Shown: piece after piece, positions 27,365-36,654 of the stretch
Layout of the letters: each line of letters begins with the position of its first letter
How positions within the stretch are numbered: the first letter of the stretch is position 1
Virus record (IMG/VR): IMGVR_UViG_3300006052_000009
Span: 8,895-72,894 of that record
Length of the DNA: 64,000 nt
Origin: a virus
Direction: 5' to 3' (one strand)
Notes under the pieces: model-generated
Database searches by the model: none
The model's input: the letters and a program-made list of their open reading frames with translations, nothing else
Told to the model about the DNA's origin: nothing
Program-made: the position numbers and the translations under genes

Positions 27365-29074
27365 ATGGCAAGATACGACAACATAACACTTCTAGCAGGT
27401 TCTAACACCACTCAGGTGAGTAGCACAACTGTGCAGTTATCTCAACTAAGTTTTGTTGGTGCCGGTGGATTATCTGTTGGCGTAAGTAATGGCTCGGTAG
27501 TTATCTCTGGAGCCGCAGGTGGTGGTGCAGCAATATCGGCAGGCACACAAAGCACGAATGGAGGAACAGTCGTTTTCTCCAACTCGAACAACGTAACATT
27601 TGGGATGAGTAACAGCAGTATTGTAACTGCTTCGTTTTCTCAATCAAATCAAAATGTAAGTTTATATGCTGTTGGAAACACAACAATTAATAGTTCTCTC
27701 GGACTTACTCTTCCTACTCTATCTTTTGATGGAGCCGGTGCGGCCTACGTTGGATTCAATAATAACAGTGTAGTTATAAATGTACAAAGTAGCCTAAGTA
27801 ATATAAACGTCAGCGGAGGAACAACATCTAACAACTTAAGTAACCTTGTCTTTTCTAACAGTAACAATGCCACGTTCGGATTAAATGGTTCTACCATGAC
27901 AGTCAGTGCCCCTGTGAATTTCTCAGCGGGCACAACAAGTGGTAACCTAACCCAGATATCTTTTTCGAATGGTAGCAACGTAAGTTTTGGATTGAATGCA
28001 GGAACTATTACTGCCTCAGTAGCAACATCACTTACCAACATTAACGTAAGTGGTGGAACAACATCGAATAATTTATCAGCTATAACTTTTTCAAACGGAA
28101 ACGGTATTTCATTTGGATTGAACGGTTCCACTATGACGGCCAGTATAGCCACCAGTCTCTCTGTCGTTAACTTCTCGGCAGGTACAACAAGTGGTAACTT
28201 AGGCTCCGTAGTCTTCAGTAACAGCAACGGTGTATCTTTTGGACTCAATGGTAGCACGGTCACAGCCAAAGCTGGATTCCTATCATCATATGAGCCGTTC
28301 CAATTGCAGTCTAACATCACCATGACTTTAAACGGTGCATCTGTATCGCATGCCGCTGCCTTTATTCTTCCATCGCCTATATCTGCATCATTCTTGAGAA
28401 TACCTGTGGTGATGTCTACCAACAGTACCACGCTTGCAACTGCGGCTCAGTCATTAAGTGATTCGGCTGCCGTGTACAGCACTTGGAATGCTGTAGTCTA
28501 CTCACTCGGAACAGGGGCAAGTTCTCAAAGTTTAATCTCTGTAGCTTCTGGATCTATAGGCTGGACTGATCTGAACTCCATCAGCATGAGTGCTAACGGA
28601 ACACAGTACAGTATAACTCAAGCTATCTCTGGATACGCTAACGGTGCAGGAACGACTTTGACAACGCAATATTCTATTTCAAACACCAACATCTCTTTAA
28701 CGACAAACCAGATAGCAACTATCTTCTCAGGATCAAGATTCCTAGATATAAACTTTGCCAACTCCCTCTCCGCTGGTGCGTACTGGATAATCTATGGTTA
28801 CAGTTCATCATCTGCTTATGGCGGTGATGCCAACAGCACACAGTTCTCTAACGCGACACAAAGAAGAGTTTACTACTCTAACCACTACGGGTTATCTCAA
28901 GCAAACATCGCCTTTGGAATTATGGGTTCGACAAACTTTACATCTGGCGGTTTGTTAGGTGCAGGTTCATTCTCTACCGCTGGTGGTGGAACAACAAGCG
29001 CATTACCTATCTCTGCAATATCATCAAGCGCAAGCAACGTAAGACCTTATTTTCAAATGTTAAGATCAGCATAA
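27365..29074 (+). CDS. Ser/Thr/Asn-rich repeat fibre protein
   Basis: About five ~40-aa repeats SxGTTSxNL..FSNxNxxSFGLNGSTxTxS. Almost no charged residues. Confidence 0.75.
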   Translation: MARYDNITLLAGSNTTQVSSTTVQLSQLSFVGAGGLSVGVSNGSVVISGAAGGGAAISAGTQSTNGGTVVFSNSNNVTFGMSNSSIVTASFSQSNQNVSLYAVGNTTINSSLGLTLPTLSFDGAGAAYVGFNNNSVVINVQSSLSNINVSGGTTSNNLSNLVFSNSNNATFGLNGSTMTVSAPVNFSAGTTSGNLTQISFSNGSNVSFGLNAGTITASVATSLTNINVSGGTTSNNLSAITFSNGNGISFGLNGSTMTASIATSLSVVNFSAGTTSGNLGSVVFSNSNGVSFGLNGSTVTAKAGFLSSYEPFQLQSNITMTLNGASVSHAAAFILPSPISASFLRIPVVMSTNSTTLATAAQSLSDSAAVYSTWNAVVYSLGTGASSQSLISVASGSIGWTDLNSISMSANGTQYSITQAISGYANGAGTTLTTQYSISNTNISLTTNQIATIFSGSRFLDINFANSLSAGAYWIIYGYSSSSAYGGDANSTQFSNATQRRVYYSNHYGLSQANIAFGIMGSTNFTSGGLLGAGSFSTAGGGTTSALPISAISSSASNVRPYFQMLRSA

Positions 29075-29089
29075 ACTAACCAACTAACC

Positions 29090-29815
29090 ATGAAACCACA
29101 ATTGATCACTCTTCAGACCGAAGGATTCCACAACAAAGATTTAGTTAAGACATCAACTCGATTGATGAAGGGAGGTTCTTGGAAGAAGCAAAGAGTGATA
29201 AGTTTAATTCCGGCAGGAGAAAGTATTCCAACTAAAGTTTATTTAAGTCATCTCGGTTTGATCTTCCCTCCTAATCAAGCGGCTCACCGAATGGTTGCCA
29301 TGGGCATGGAGGTAGGGGAGGCATTCTCTAACGCCATCGCTGAAATTCTCGCCAATCCAGAGTTAAGCAAGTGGGAGTATCTGCTCACCATAGAGCACGA
29401 CAACATGCCTCCACAAGATGGGCTGATTAAGTTGATTGAACAGATGGAAAACAATCCTAAACTTTCTTGCATCGGTGGACTTTATTACACCAAAGGAGAA
29501 GGAGGCGTAGCCCAAATCTGGGGCGATCCGAACGATCCGATCATAAACTTCAGACCTCAAGTTCCCGATCCGAAGGGTGGCTTGGTTGAATGTTGTGGCA
29601 CAGGGATGGGATTTAATCTTTGGAGATTATCGATGTTCAAAGATGAAAAATTACCTCGTCCTTGGTTTAATACACAAAACGGTAAAGAGGGGAAAGGCGT
29701 AGGCACCCAGGATTTAACTTTCTGGAGCAACGCAAGGAAGCATGGATACCGTTGCGCTATTGATTGTAGCATCCGAGTGGGCCATTACGATCAATTAGCG
29801 GATTTTGTGTGGTGA
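29090..29815 (+). CDS. GT-A fold glycosyltransferase-like protein
   Basis: EYLLTIEHDNMPP (DxD-like), GTGMGFNLW, TQDLTFW...GYRCAIDCSIRVGH. Confidence 0.75.
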   Translation: MKPQLITLQTEGFHNKDLVKTSTRLMKGGSWKKQRVISLIPAGESIPTKVYLSHLGLIFPPNQAAHRMVAMGMEVGEAFSNAIAEILANPELSKWEYLLTIEHDNMPPQDGLIKLIEQMENNPKLSCIGGLYYTKGEGGVAQIWGDPNDPIINFRPQVPDPKGGLVECCGTGMGFNLWRLSMFKDEKLPRPWFNTQNGKEGKGVGTQDLTFWSNARKHGYRCAIDCSIRVGHYDQLADFVW

Positions 29816-29841
29816 AGAGAAACTAACTAACCGATTAATAC

Positions 29842-31548
29842 ATGAAAACTAAAAAGAAAACTTACTCCGACAAAGTAAAGAACAAACTGAACCCGACATC
29901 GATTAAACCGATTCGCATTGATTGTGGATGTGGTAAGAACAAACGCAAGGATGGAGATTGGATTGGTGTAGATGTGATCGCCTTCGAGGGAGTCGACATA
30001 GTGATGGATTTAGGCAAGAATAAGTGGCCATGGAAAGATGGTTCCGTTGACGAGGTTCATGCTTCACACTTTGTCGAGCACCTGAAGCCAGAAGAAAGAA
30101 TTCATTTTGTAAACGAATTGTACCGAGTGTTGAAGGATCCTAAATATGTTGACGGCAAGCGTGTAGAAGGATTCGCCACCATCATTGTTCCTCACTGGGC
30201 AAGCCAACGGGCTTATGGGGATTTAACTCATTGTTTTTCTGAGGACACAGAAATATTAACTGAGAACGGATGGAAGTCAATATCAAAAGTTAATATTGGT
30301 GAAAAGGTATTGTCTTTAGATTTAAAGACTGAAGAAAGTCATTTTGAAGAAGTTATCGGTGTAATCAATGAACCTTACATTGGTCCAATGTTGCATTTTG
30401 AATCAGAATGTCTTGATTTAAAAGTTACACCAAATCACGATATGGTGTGGAGAGCAAAAACTAATAGTTCCCCAGGCTACTATAAAAGAAAAGAAATACC
30501 TCATCCAAGACCAATATTAAGAAAATCTCAAGCAGATACTTTTGAAAAAATGGGTGGACATCATCCACGTTGTGGAACTGCTGTAATTAATTGGAAAGGC
30601 GAATTCCATGAAAAAATACGTATTGCAGATGATGAATTAAGTCTAGGTAGAGTTTTAAATGCTGAATATAAATCAGAAGACTTTGCTGAATTTATGGGGT
30701 GGTTTATTGCTGAGGGGCATGTTGATTTAAGTAGTAATAATCACTACAGAATTACTATTGCTCAAAGTAGTTCTGCAAATCCACATAAAGTGGAACAAAT
30801 AAAGAATTTATTGGACAGAATGGGATTTACTTATAAAGTATATCCTGATAGAATAAGATTTGATTCAAAACCACTTGCTTTATATCTCAAAAAATTAGGA
30901 TTAAGCCATGAAAAGTTTATTCCGAATGAGATTAAATCTTTATCACCCAATCTATTGAGAATATTTTTAGATTCTGCCATAAAGGGTGACGGTAGAACTA
31001 ATAGTAGTAATGGATGGGAGTACGCAACAGTATCGTTAAGACTTGCAGATGACATACAAGAAGTTGCTTTAAAGGCTGGATACAGGACATCATTAAGGAA
31101 AGATAGGGTCGCTGGAACATCAGGTGGAGTTGTAAACGGACATGAGGTAATAAGCCAACATGATCTTTATATGGTTGGGATTTATCAAAATACTGATTTA
31201 TGGTACCCTAAGCCAAAAAGAATTGAATATTCAGGTAAAATGGTTTGTGTAACATTAGCTAATCATAATAATATTTTTGTAAGAAGAAACGGGAAACCAA
31301 TTTGGTCTGGTAACTGCTGGCCACCAGTGTCTGAATTCTGGTTCTATTACCTCGACAAGGATTGGAGGGCGATTAACGCTCCCCACAACGATAAGTATAC
31401 ATGCCACTTCGGATGTAACTGGTGGTACAACATGAAGGAGGAGATACAGTCGCGCAACACCGAATACCAGACCAATGCGGCTTTATACTGGAAGGAGGCA
31501 TGTTCAGATACAATAGCTACCTTTGAGAAAAAACCTTTAACCAAATAA
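29842..31548 (+). CDS. Class I SAM-dependent methyltransferase (type 11-like) interrupted by an intein
   Basis: IDCGCG, GVD, WPWKDGSVDEVHASHFVEHL...ELYRVLK, then AYGDLTH|intein|CWPPVSE. The spliced product would be 207 aa. Confidence 0.85.
   Translation: MKTKKKTYSDKVKNKLNPTSIKPIRIDCGCGKNKRKDGDWIGVDVIAFEGVDIVMDLGKNKWPWKDGSVDEVHASHFVEHLKPEERIHFVNELYRVLKDPKYVDGKRVEGFATIIVPHWASQRAYGDLTHCFSEDTEILTENGWKSISKVNIGEKVLSLDLKTEESHFEEVIGVINEPYIGPMLHFESECLDLKVTPNHDMVWRAKTNSSPGYYKRKEIPHPRPILRKSQADTFEKMGGHHPRCGTAVINWKGEFHEKIRIADDELSLGRVLNAEYKSEDFAEFMGWFIAEGHVDLSSNNHYRITIAQSSSANPHKVEQIKNLLDRMGFTYKVYPDRIRFDSKPLALYLKKLGLSHEKFIPNEIKSLSPNLLRIFLDSAIKGDGRTNSSNGWEYATVSLRLADDIQEVALKAGYRTSLRKDRVAGTSGGVVNGHEVISQHDLYMVGIYQNTDLWYPKPKRIEYSGKMVCVTLANHNNIFVRRNGKPIWSGNCWPPVSEFWFYYLDKDWRAINAPHNDKYTCHFGCNWWYNMKEEIQSRNTEYQTNAALYWKEACSDTIATFEKKPLTK
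30232..31314 (+). mobile_element. Intein with LAGLIDADG homing endonuclease (361 aa)
   Basis: Block A CFSEDTEILTENGWK, block B KVTPNH, LAGLIDADG-like FMGWFIAEG and FLDSAIKGDG, and block G VRRNGKPIWSGN followed by Cys+1. More AT-rich than the exteins. Confidence 0.92.
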
Positions 31549-31552
31549 AATT

Positions 31553-31957
31553 ATGGCACAAGTAGTAATGACAGACGAACAAAAGGAACTGCTTATCGCG
31601 GATCCTAATTTTGTAACGGCAGTAAAGTGGTCTATCCTGGCGCAGGCAGACTATGAAAGAGGAGTTGATGGAACTGGAGTTAGCGGAGCCGCTAACCTAA
31701 AGCAATGGGCACAGTGGAGGCCGTTAGCCGCACAGATAATTGCAAATCCGGCAATCATCAATGGTGGTGCAGCGCAGTTCTTTGTGAACCAAATCTCTGT
31801 TCAGAGTTTAACCTGCTGGGATAATGTTTCTAACCTTACTGCCGATGCCATCCAATGGTTATACGGCAACCACGGTGGAAACTCAACTAATTACTTTGGA
31901 GCTAATTCATTAGCCCAGGCATGGTTCGCTCAACAAGTGTTAACTTCTCCTTGGTAA
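31553..31957 (+). CDS. Hypothetical protein (tail module)
   Basis: ORF track. Confidence 0.65.
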   Translation: MAQVVMTDEQKELLIADPNFVTAVKWSILAQADYERGVDGTGVSGAANLKQWAQWRPLAAQIIANPAIINGGAAQFFVNQISVQSLTCWDNVSNLTADAIQWLYGNHGGNSTNYFGANSLAQAWFAQQVLTSPW

Positions 31958-31960
31958 TCA

Positions 31961-33679
31961 TTGGCAGACGCATTAAAGATATCGAACGGATTAATATTTG
32001 ACTTCACTATCCCTAGCGCAGGTGGTAGCGATCTCTTACTATTCTCCGATTCCAACGGTAACTTAACGCAAGCGTCTTCTCTTCCAAGTAGCAGAGTCTC
32101 TGGCGGTGGCAATCTAACGGAGGCAACATCTTCAGTTCTAACCATAACTGGTGGAACTGGATCGGTGCTCGGATCAGGTGTAAGTATTCAAGTAAAGCAG
32201 GCCACTACATCTGTTTCAGGTTACCTGTCGAACACCGATTGGAATACGTTCAACAACAAACTAGGAACTTCGCTCACTTCGGCATATATCTTTGTTGGTA
32301 ACGGCTCAAACGTAGCCACTGGAGTTGCCCCTTCTGGTGCCATAGCAATAACCAATGCAGGGGTAACTTCTATCAACACCAACTACATCACCGACACGAT
32401 GGTGAACTCATCGGCTGCTATTGCCTTTAGCAAGATGGCCGCACTATCAATCAACAGTGCCGTTGTCACAAATGGCTCGGGATTCATTACCACAAGCGCA
32501 ACAACAGCCACACAGATTGGATATTTAAGTTCTCTATCGGGTGACATCGCTACTCTCTTTGCTACCAAGTTAACCGTGACCATAACCTCTCCATCCAACG
32601 GACAGGTCATCAGTTACAATGGTTCTGCATGGGTTAACTCTTCTAGTGGAGGAACTTTACCTACGGGAGGTACAACTGGCCAGTTCTTGGCAAAGAACAG
32701 TTCAACTAACTATGACGCAGGTTGGTTTACATTGACGGCATCCAAGATCACGGATCTGACCGCAACGGCCACCGAGATCAACACTCTTCATGGCGTAACG
32801 ACAACGACAGCTCAGTTCAATTATCTTAACACGACCACGAGTGACGTTCAGGTTCAATTAAATGGTAAACTGAATAATTCTCTTGCCTATAATTCAATCT
32901 GGGTAGGTAATGGAGCCAACCAACCAACCCAATTGGCCGCAAGTTCCAATGGTTACCTTTTAACTATTGTCTCAGGATCACCGCAGTGGGCACCGATACC
33001 ATCTGGCCTTGTTCCATTCACTAATGCAAGTTCTCCTGCCACGATTCAGAATTTCTCAAGAGGATGGTATTACCTAGACATGCTCACCACCAACAATATT
33101 GTTTTTGGTGGCGGTAATGATGTTGGTACAATCGTAACGCTTACAAGGACAACAGCGGGTACCGATGGCGTTGTCCCTCCAGATTCATCGTACAGCAACA
33201 CGATAACTCCTAACGGATCGGCATCCTTAAATTACAAGGGTAGATATGTAACCAGCATCCCTGTAAGCTCCAGAAACATCACAATGATGATGGTTGCCAA
33301 CGCTGGCGGTATAAACTACTGGAAATGCATCGGTGAAGATTTAGCGGCTCCTACGACTGGTGTTTGGACCTCGGTAAGTTCATTCTCAGGTTCTTGGACA
33401 GGGTCTAACGTAAGGTATCGCCTTGATGGGTCTGGAATAGTTTATCTTTGCGGAGTTCTTACTTATAATGGAGGAACAACTCAAGTAACAGCTAACTCGG
33501 CTTTCCCTAATGCAGTCAGTTCAAATACTCCTAATCTTTTAGTTCTGGCATTAGGAAGCAGTGTATATGGGTACGTTCAGATCACCACCGCTGGAAGAAT
33601 GAATATTGTCAACGTTTCCTCAGCATTTACTAATGGTGACCAATTCTCTTTGAATGGCTTGATTTATACTACCGTATAA
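31961..33679 (+). CDS. Second tail fibre, paralogue of 22318..27363 (TTG start)
   Basis: Shares MADALKISNGLIFDF...GNLTQASSL and a ~140-aa TKLTVTITSP...SIWVGNGAN block. The C-terminal head differs. Confidence 0.8.
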   Translation: MADALKISNGLIFDFTIPSAGGSDLLLFSDSNGNLTQASSLPSSRVSGGGNLTEATSSVLTITGGTGSVLGSGVSIQVKQATTSVSGYLSNTDWNTFNNKLGTSLTSAYIFVGNGSNVATGVAPSGAIAITNAGVTSINTNYITDTMVNSSAAIAFSKMAALSINSAVVTNGSGFITTSATTATQIGYLSSLSGDIATLFATKLTVTITSPSNGQVISYNGSAWVNSSSGGTLPTGGTTGQFLAKNSSTNYDAGWFTLTASKITDLTATATEINTLHGVTTTTAQFNYLNTTTSDVQVQLNGKLNNSLAYNSIWVGNGANQPTQLAASSNGYLLTIVSGSPQWAPIPSGLVPFTNASSPATIQNFSRGWYYLDMLTTNNIVFGGGNDVGTIVTLTRTTAGTDGVVPPDSSYSNTITPNGSASLNYKGRYVTSIPVSSRNITMMMVANAGGINYWKCIGEDLAAPTTGVWTSVSSFSGSWTGSNVRYRLDGSGIVYLCGVLTYNGGTTQVTANSAFPNAVSSNTPNLLVLALGSSVYGYVQITTAGRMNIVNVSSAFTNGDQFSLNGLIYTTV

Positions 33680-33689
33680 AATTAATCGC

Positions 33690-33697
33690 TATTTTTG
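33690..33697 (+). promoter_or_regulatory. -7 box TATTTTTG
   Basis: Followed by an AACTAACTAAC leader and ATG 33720. Confidence 0.5.
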
Positions 33698-33719
33698 TAT
33701 AAACTAACTAACAAATCAT

Positions 33720-34082
33720 ATGAAAATTAATCTCAATCATCAGTTCAAGACCCTCGGGGGTAAAGAGTACGACAAAGTAGATCAGGCAGGTAATCTGATC
33801 GAACCACATCACATGGCCAAGTGCCTCGGCCTCGCTATGTGGCAGTTTGCTGACAAGAACATGAAGTTCAAACTGTGGGCTGAGTCACTCTATAAGACTG
33901 GCGAAATGGAAATCGACAACGTAGACTTCGACCTCATCGTAGCATGGCTCGAGAACTACGGCACCGATCCACAGAAGCAATGGATCCCTTGGTTCTGCCA
34001 AGTAGGTATCAAAGGACAGGTGATCGACTCCATCAAAGAACAAAAGGAGGGATCCGAAACAAAGTTGAAGAAAGTTAAATAA
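33720..34082 (+). CDS. Hypothetical protein
   Basis: ORF track. High-expression codon usage. Confidence 0.7.
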   Translation: MKINLNHQFKTLGGKEYDKVDQAGNLIEPHHMAKCLGLAMWQFADKNMKFKLWAESLYKTGEMEIDNVDFDLIVAWLENYGTDPQKQWIPWFCQVGIKGQVIDSIKEQKEGSETKLKKVK

Positions 34083-34747
34083 TGACTATCGATCGCGCTT
34101 ATCAAATTTTGCAGCTACTGTTCAACAAACAGCAAAATGGAAATATTGCGCCTTCACAATTCAACGCTGCCGCACCAGTTGCGCAGATGTCAGTCATTAA
34201 CAAAATTCTCGGCAACGAGCAAGAGTACACGCCAGGTCATCCCGTAGCACGTTACGGGATTGGCCTTACTCAAAAAATCATGGAGGACTTGGGTCAGTTG
34301 ATTTCCACGCCTCAGTCATTATCTTTCTCTTCAGGCATCGCTACCTATCCTACCTCATCATTGTATTTATACACAATGGTTGATGCTCAGGGTTATATCA
34401 TCAAGCCAGTTCAACATGATGAGGCGGTGATACTTAATCAGTCCGTCATCAAACCACCTATAGTCAACAAAGCAATTTACTACGTGCTTGGCACAAGCAT
34501 TTATATTCTTCCTTCATCGATCACTACAGCGAATGTTTCGTATGTAAAGATTCCTACTGATCCTTACTGGAATTACACCATTACAAATAACTCACCTGTT
34601 TATAATTCATCTGGCAGTCAAGATTTTTCTGTCGGTCCAATGTTGCAGTTAAGAGTTATACTTGTAATGGCACAAATGTTTGGATTAAATTTGAATCTGG
34701 CAGATGTAGTTCAGGTATCCCAGGCGTTGGAACATCAAGGGGCATAA
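34082..34747 (+). CDS. Tail tubular or ring protein
   Basis: IDRAYQILQLLFNKQQNGNIAPSQFN and YVKIPTDPYW, resembling P22 gp4-like crAss ring proteins. Confidence 0.7.
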   Translation: MTIDRAYQILQLLFNKQQNGNIAPSQFNAAAPVAQMSVINKILGNEQEYTPGHPVARYGIGLTQKIMEDLGQLISTPQSLSFSSGIATYPTSSLYLYTMVDAQGYIIKPVQHDEAVILNQSVIKPPIVNKAIYYVLGTSIYILPSSITTANVSYVKIPTDPYWNYTITNNSPVYNSSGSQDFSVGPMLQLRVILVMAQMFGLNLNLADVVQVSQALEHQGA

Positions 34748-34750
34748 GAT

Positions 34751-35455
34751 ATGGCACTGAACAGAACCAAATTGTGGTACGGAGAGCAGGTGCTTAATCA
34801 GCTAACCGATTCTAATCGCAACAGAGATGAGAAGATTGACCTTCGTGAAATTTACATCCAACTCGACAACGCTGTTAACTCTCTCGCGAAAACAAACCAT
34901 CTCGAGAATTGGATAAAGTATGGTAATGGTCAGGTAGACGAGGGGTGGAAGACAGTCTTTGGGCCAATCACCATCACAGACCCGATTAATTATGGACCAT
35001 CTTACTTTCAGATTCCTGCGAACTATGTCGGATTAAGACGCAACGAGGGTATAAGCGAGGTTTACTTCACCAACGATCCAACGGCCGTAACTCAGAAATA
35101 TTATGATCCGATCCATGTAATATCGCAGCGCGATAGTATCGTGTATCGTAACAACATGGCTGGACAACTTGCAGGCAGATTAAGTGTGTTCCCTCTCAAT
35201 GGTAATCTAGTATTTAATCAACCAAACGTGGGTGCTGTTTTTGGTACAGTCAATGTGTCGCTTGTAATAAAAGACTCTACACAGATACTTGAGACTGCGC
35301 CTTACCCTGTGCCAGCCGAGTATGAAGACATCATCATAAAGCAAACCGTTGCCTACTTCCGTGAGCGCAGACAGCAGCCGACAGATTTAGTGCGCGATAT
35401 GAACGACAGTAATGACGCTAAGGAGCCGAGATACAGAACAACACAAACTGCATAA
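34751..35455 (+). CDS. Tail ring protein
   Basis: Second of three ring-size genes, with a C-terminal PYPVPAEYEDII motif. Confidence 0.6.
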   Translation: MALNRTKLWYGEQVLNQLTDSNRNRDEKIDLREIYIQLDNAVNSLAKTNHLENWIKYGNGQVDEGWKTVFGPITITDPINYGPSYFQIPANYVGLRRNEGISEVYFTNDPTAVTQKYYDPIHVISQRDSIVYRNNMAGQLAGRLSVFPLNGNLVFNQPNVGAVFGTVNVSLVIKDSTQILETAPYPVPAEYEDIIIKQTVAYFRERRQQPTDLVRDMNDSNDAKEPRYRTTQTA

Positions 35456-35458
35456 GGT

Positions 35459-36286
35459 ATGTCGATGTTATTTTTTAATGAGCCAGGGATAGCCGATATA
35501 AACGAAGAGGACAATAACTTCTTCAAATTGTCAGCCGTTTGCGATCAGGTTGCCATCGATCTTGACTTACCTTCGTCACAATACTTTAATCGTTTTTTGA
35601 GCTGGGCGAGTTTGGGGTTACTCGAGATACATTTTGATGCGTGTGAGGAAATCAAGACTACTACATTGCCAGTAAGTGCAGTGCTCACGGCTCAGTGCCC
35701 TATTGATATGGTCGACTGGATTTCTATTGGCATTCAACAAAATCAGTATGTCACTAAGATGTCTGTTAATGACCAATTAGATCCATCACCAAGAACTGTG
35801 GCAACATTTAATCCAACGGATGCACCTCCACCAGGATGGTTGCCTAATGATACAAACATTGTCGGCTACGGTGGCTTTGCCTTCTCTAACCCAGGTGGAC
35901 GGGCATTGTTCTCTGGAGCAGGTGGACTCCCGCAGACAGGAAACTTCAAGGTTGTCAATAGACCTGACGGCCACAAGGAGATATTACTTGACTCGGGCCT
36001 ATGCCTACCAAACAGTATAATTTTCTTGGAGTATCTGGCAACTGGTATTAATCCATCTGGTGAAACGATCATCTCTCCTTACTATTACAATTATGTTCGT
36101 GCCTATATCCACCACCAGTGGGCAAAATTCGGCAAGGGTGCCCAGAAGACGGAGTCTGAAATCATACGCACAGGCCGAGAATTATGGCACGAGGAGATGA
36201 AGGTAAGGGGCAGAACCAGCGCAATTGACATCAAGTCCCTTCTTACTGTGATGAGGAAGAATTACCGACTAACGGCACATGCCTAA
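35459..36286 (+). CDS. Tail ring protein
   Basis: PIDMVDWISIG and IFLEYLATG...ISPYYYNYVRAYI motifs. Confidence 0.6.
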   Translation: MSMLFFNEPGIADINEEDNNFFKLSAVCDQVAIDLDLPSSQYFNRFLSWASLGLLEIHFDACEEIKTTTLPVSAVLTAQCPIDMVDWISIGIQQNQYVTKMSVNDQLDPSPRTVATFNPTDAPPPGWLPNDTNIVGYGGFAFSNPGGRALFSGAGGLPQTGNFKVVNRPDGHKEILLDSGLCLPNSIIFLEYLATGINPSGETIISPYYYNYVRAYIHHQWAKFGKGAQKTESEIIRTGRELWHEEMKVRGRTSAIDIKSLLTVMRKNYRLTAHA

Positions 36287-36322
36287 TTTTTAATTAACTT
36301 TACAATCTAAAACCAATAGCAT

Positions 36323-36646
36323 ATGAAAAGCATGATCGGATTCGAAAGCGGTAATAAAGCCAATGCACCAGGTAAAGGAGGTAGTTCCTTGCCAACAGGT
36401 AAAACATCAAGCGAAACTTCGCTTAAGGGAAAAAATGACAAATTGAAGGATTACGGCAAGAGAAATGAGTCTCCCGATGAGCCCTCAAAAGATTCTATCT
36501 CAGATTTGATCAAAGGTGTGCATCATGTGCATCACAGTGGAGGCAAATTCCATGTTTCTACTCAAGGTGGAACAAAGAGCTACGGAGCCGACACAAAATT
36601 GTCTGAAGCATTTGGACATTTAGTTGAGCCTGATTCCGGAGAGTAA
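36323..36646 (+). CDS. Small Gly/Lys/Ser-rich protein
   Basis: Has its own TAACTTTA box and AAAACCAAT leader. Confidence 0.6.
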   Translation: MKSMIGFESGNKANAPGKGGSSLPTGKTSSETSLKGKNDKLKDYGKRNESPDEPSKDSISDLIKGVHHVHHSGGKFHVSTQGGTKSYGADTKLSEAFGHLVEPDSGE

Positions 36647-36654
36647 TTTAACGT

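Noticed and set aside
22318-33679. Diversity-generating retroelement or invertible tail-fibre switch
   Set aside because: No reverse transcriptase or recombinase is present in the window. The repeats differ at synonymous sites rather than only at adenines and are not inverted.
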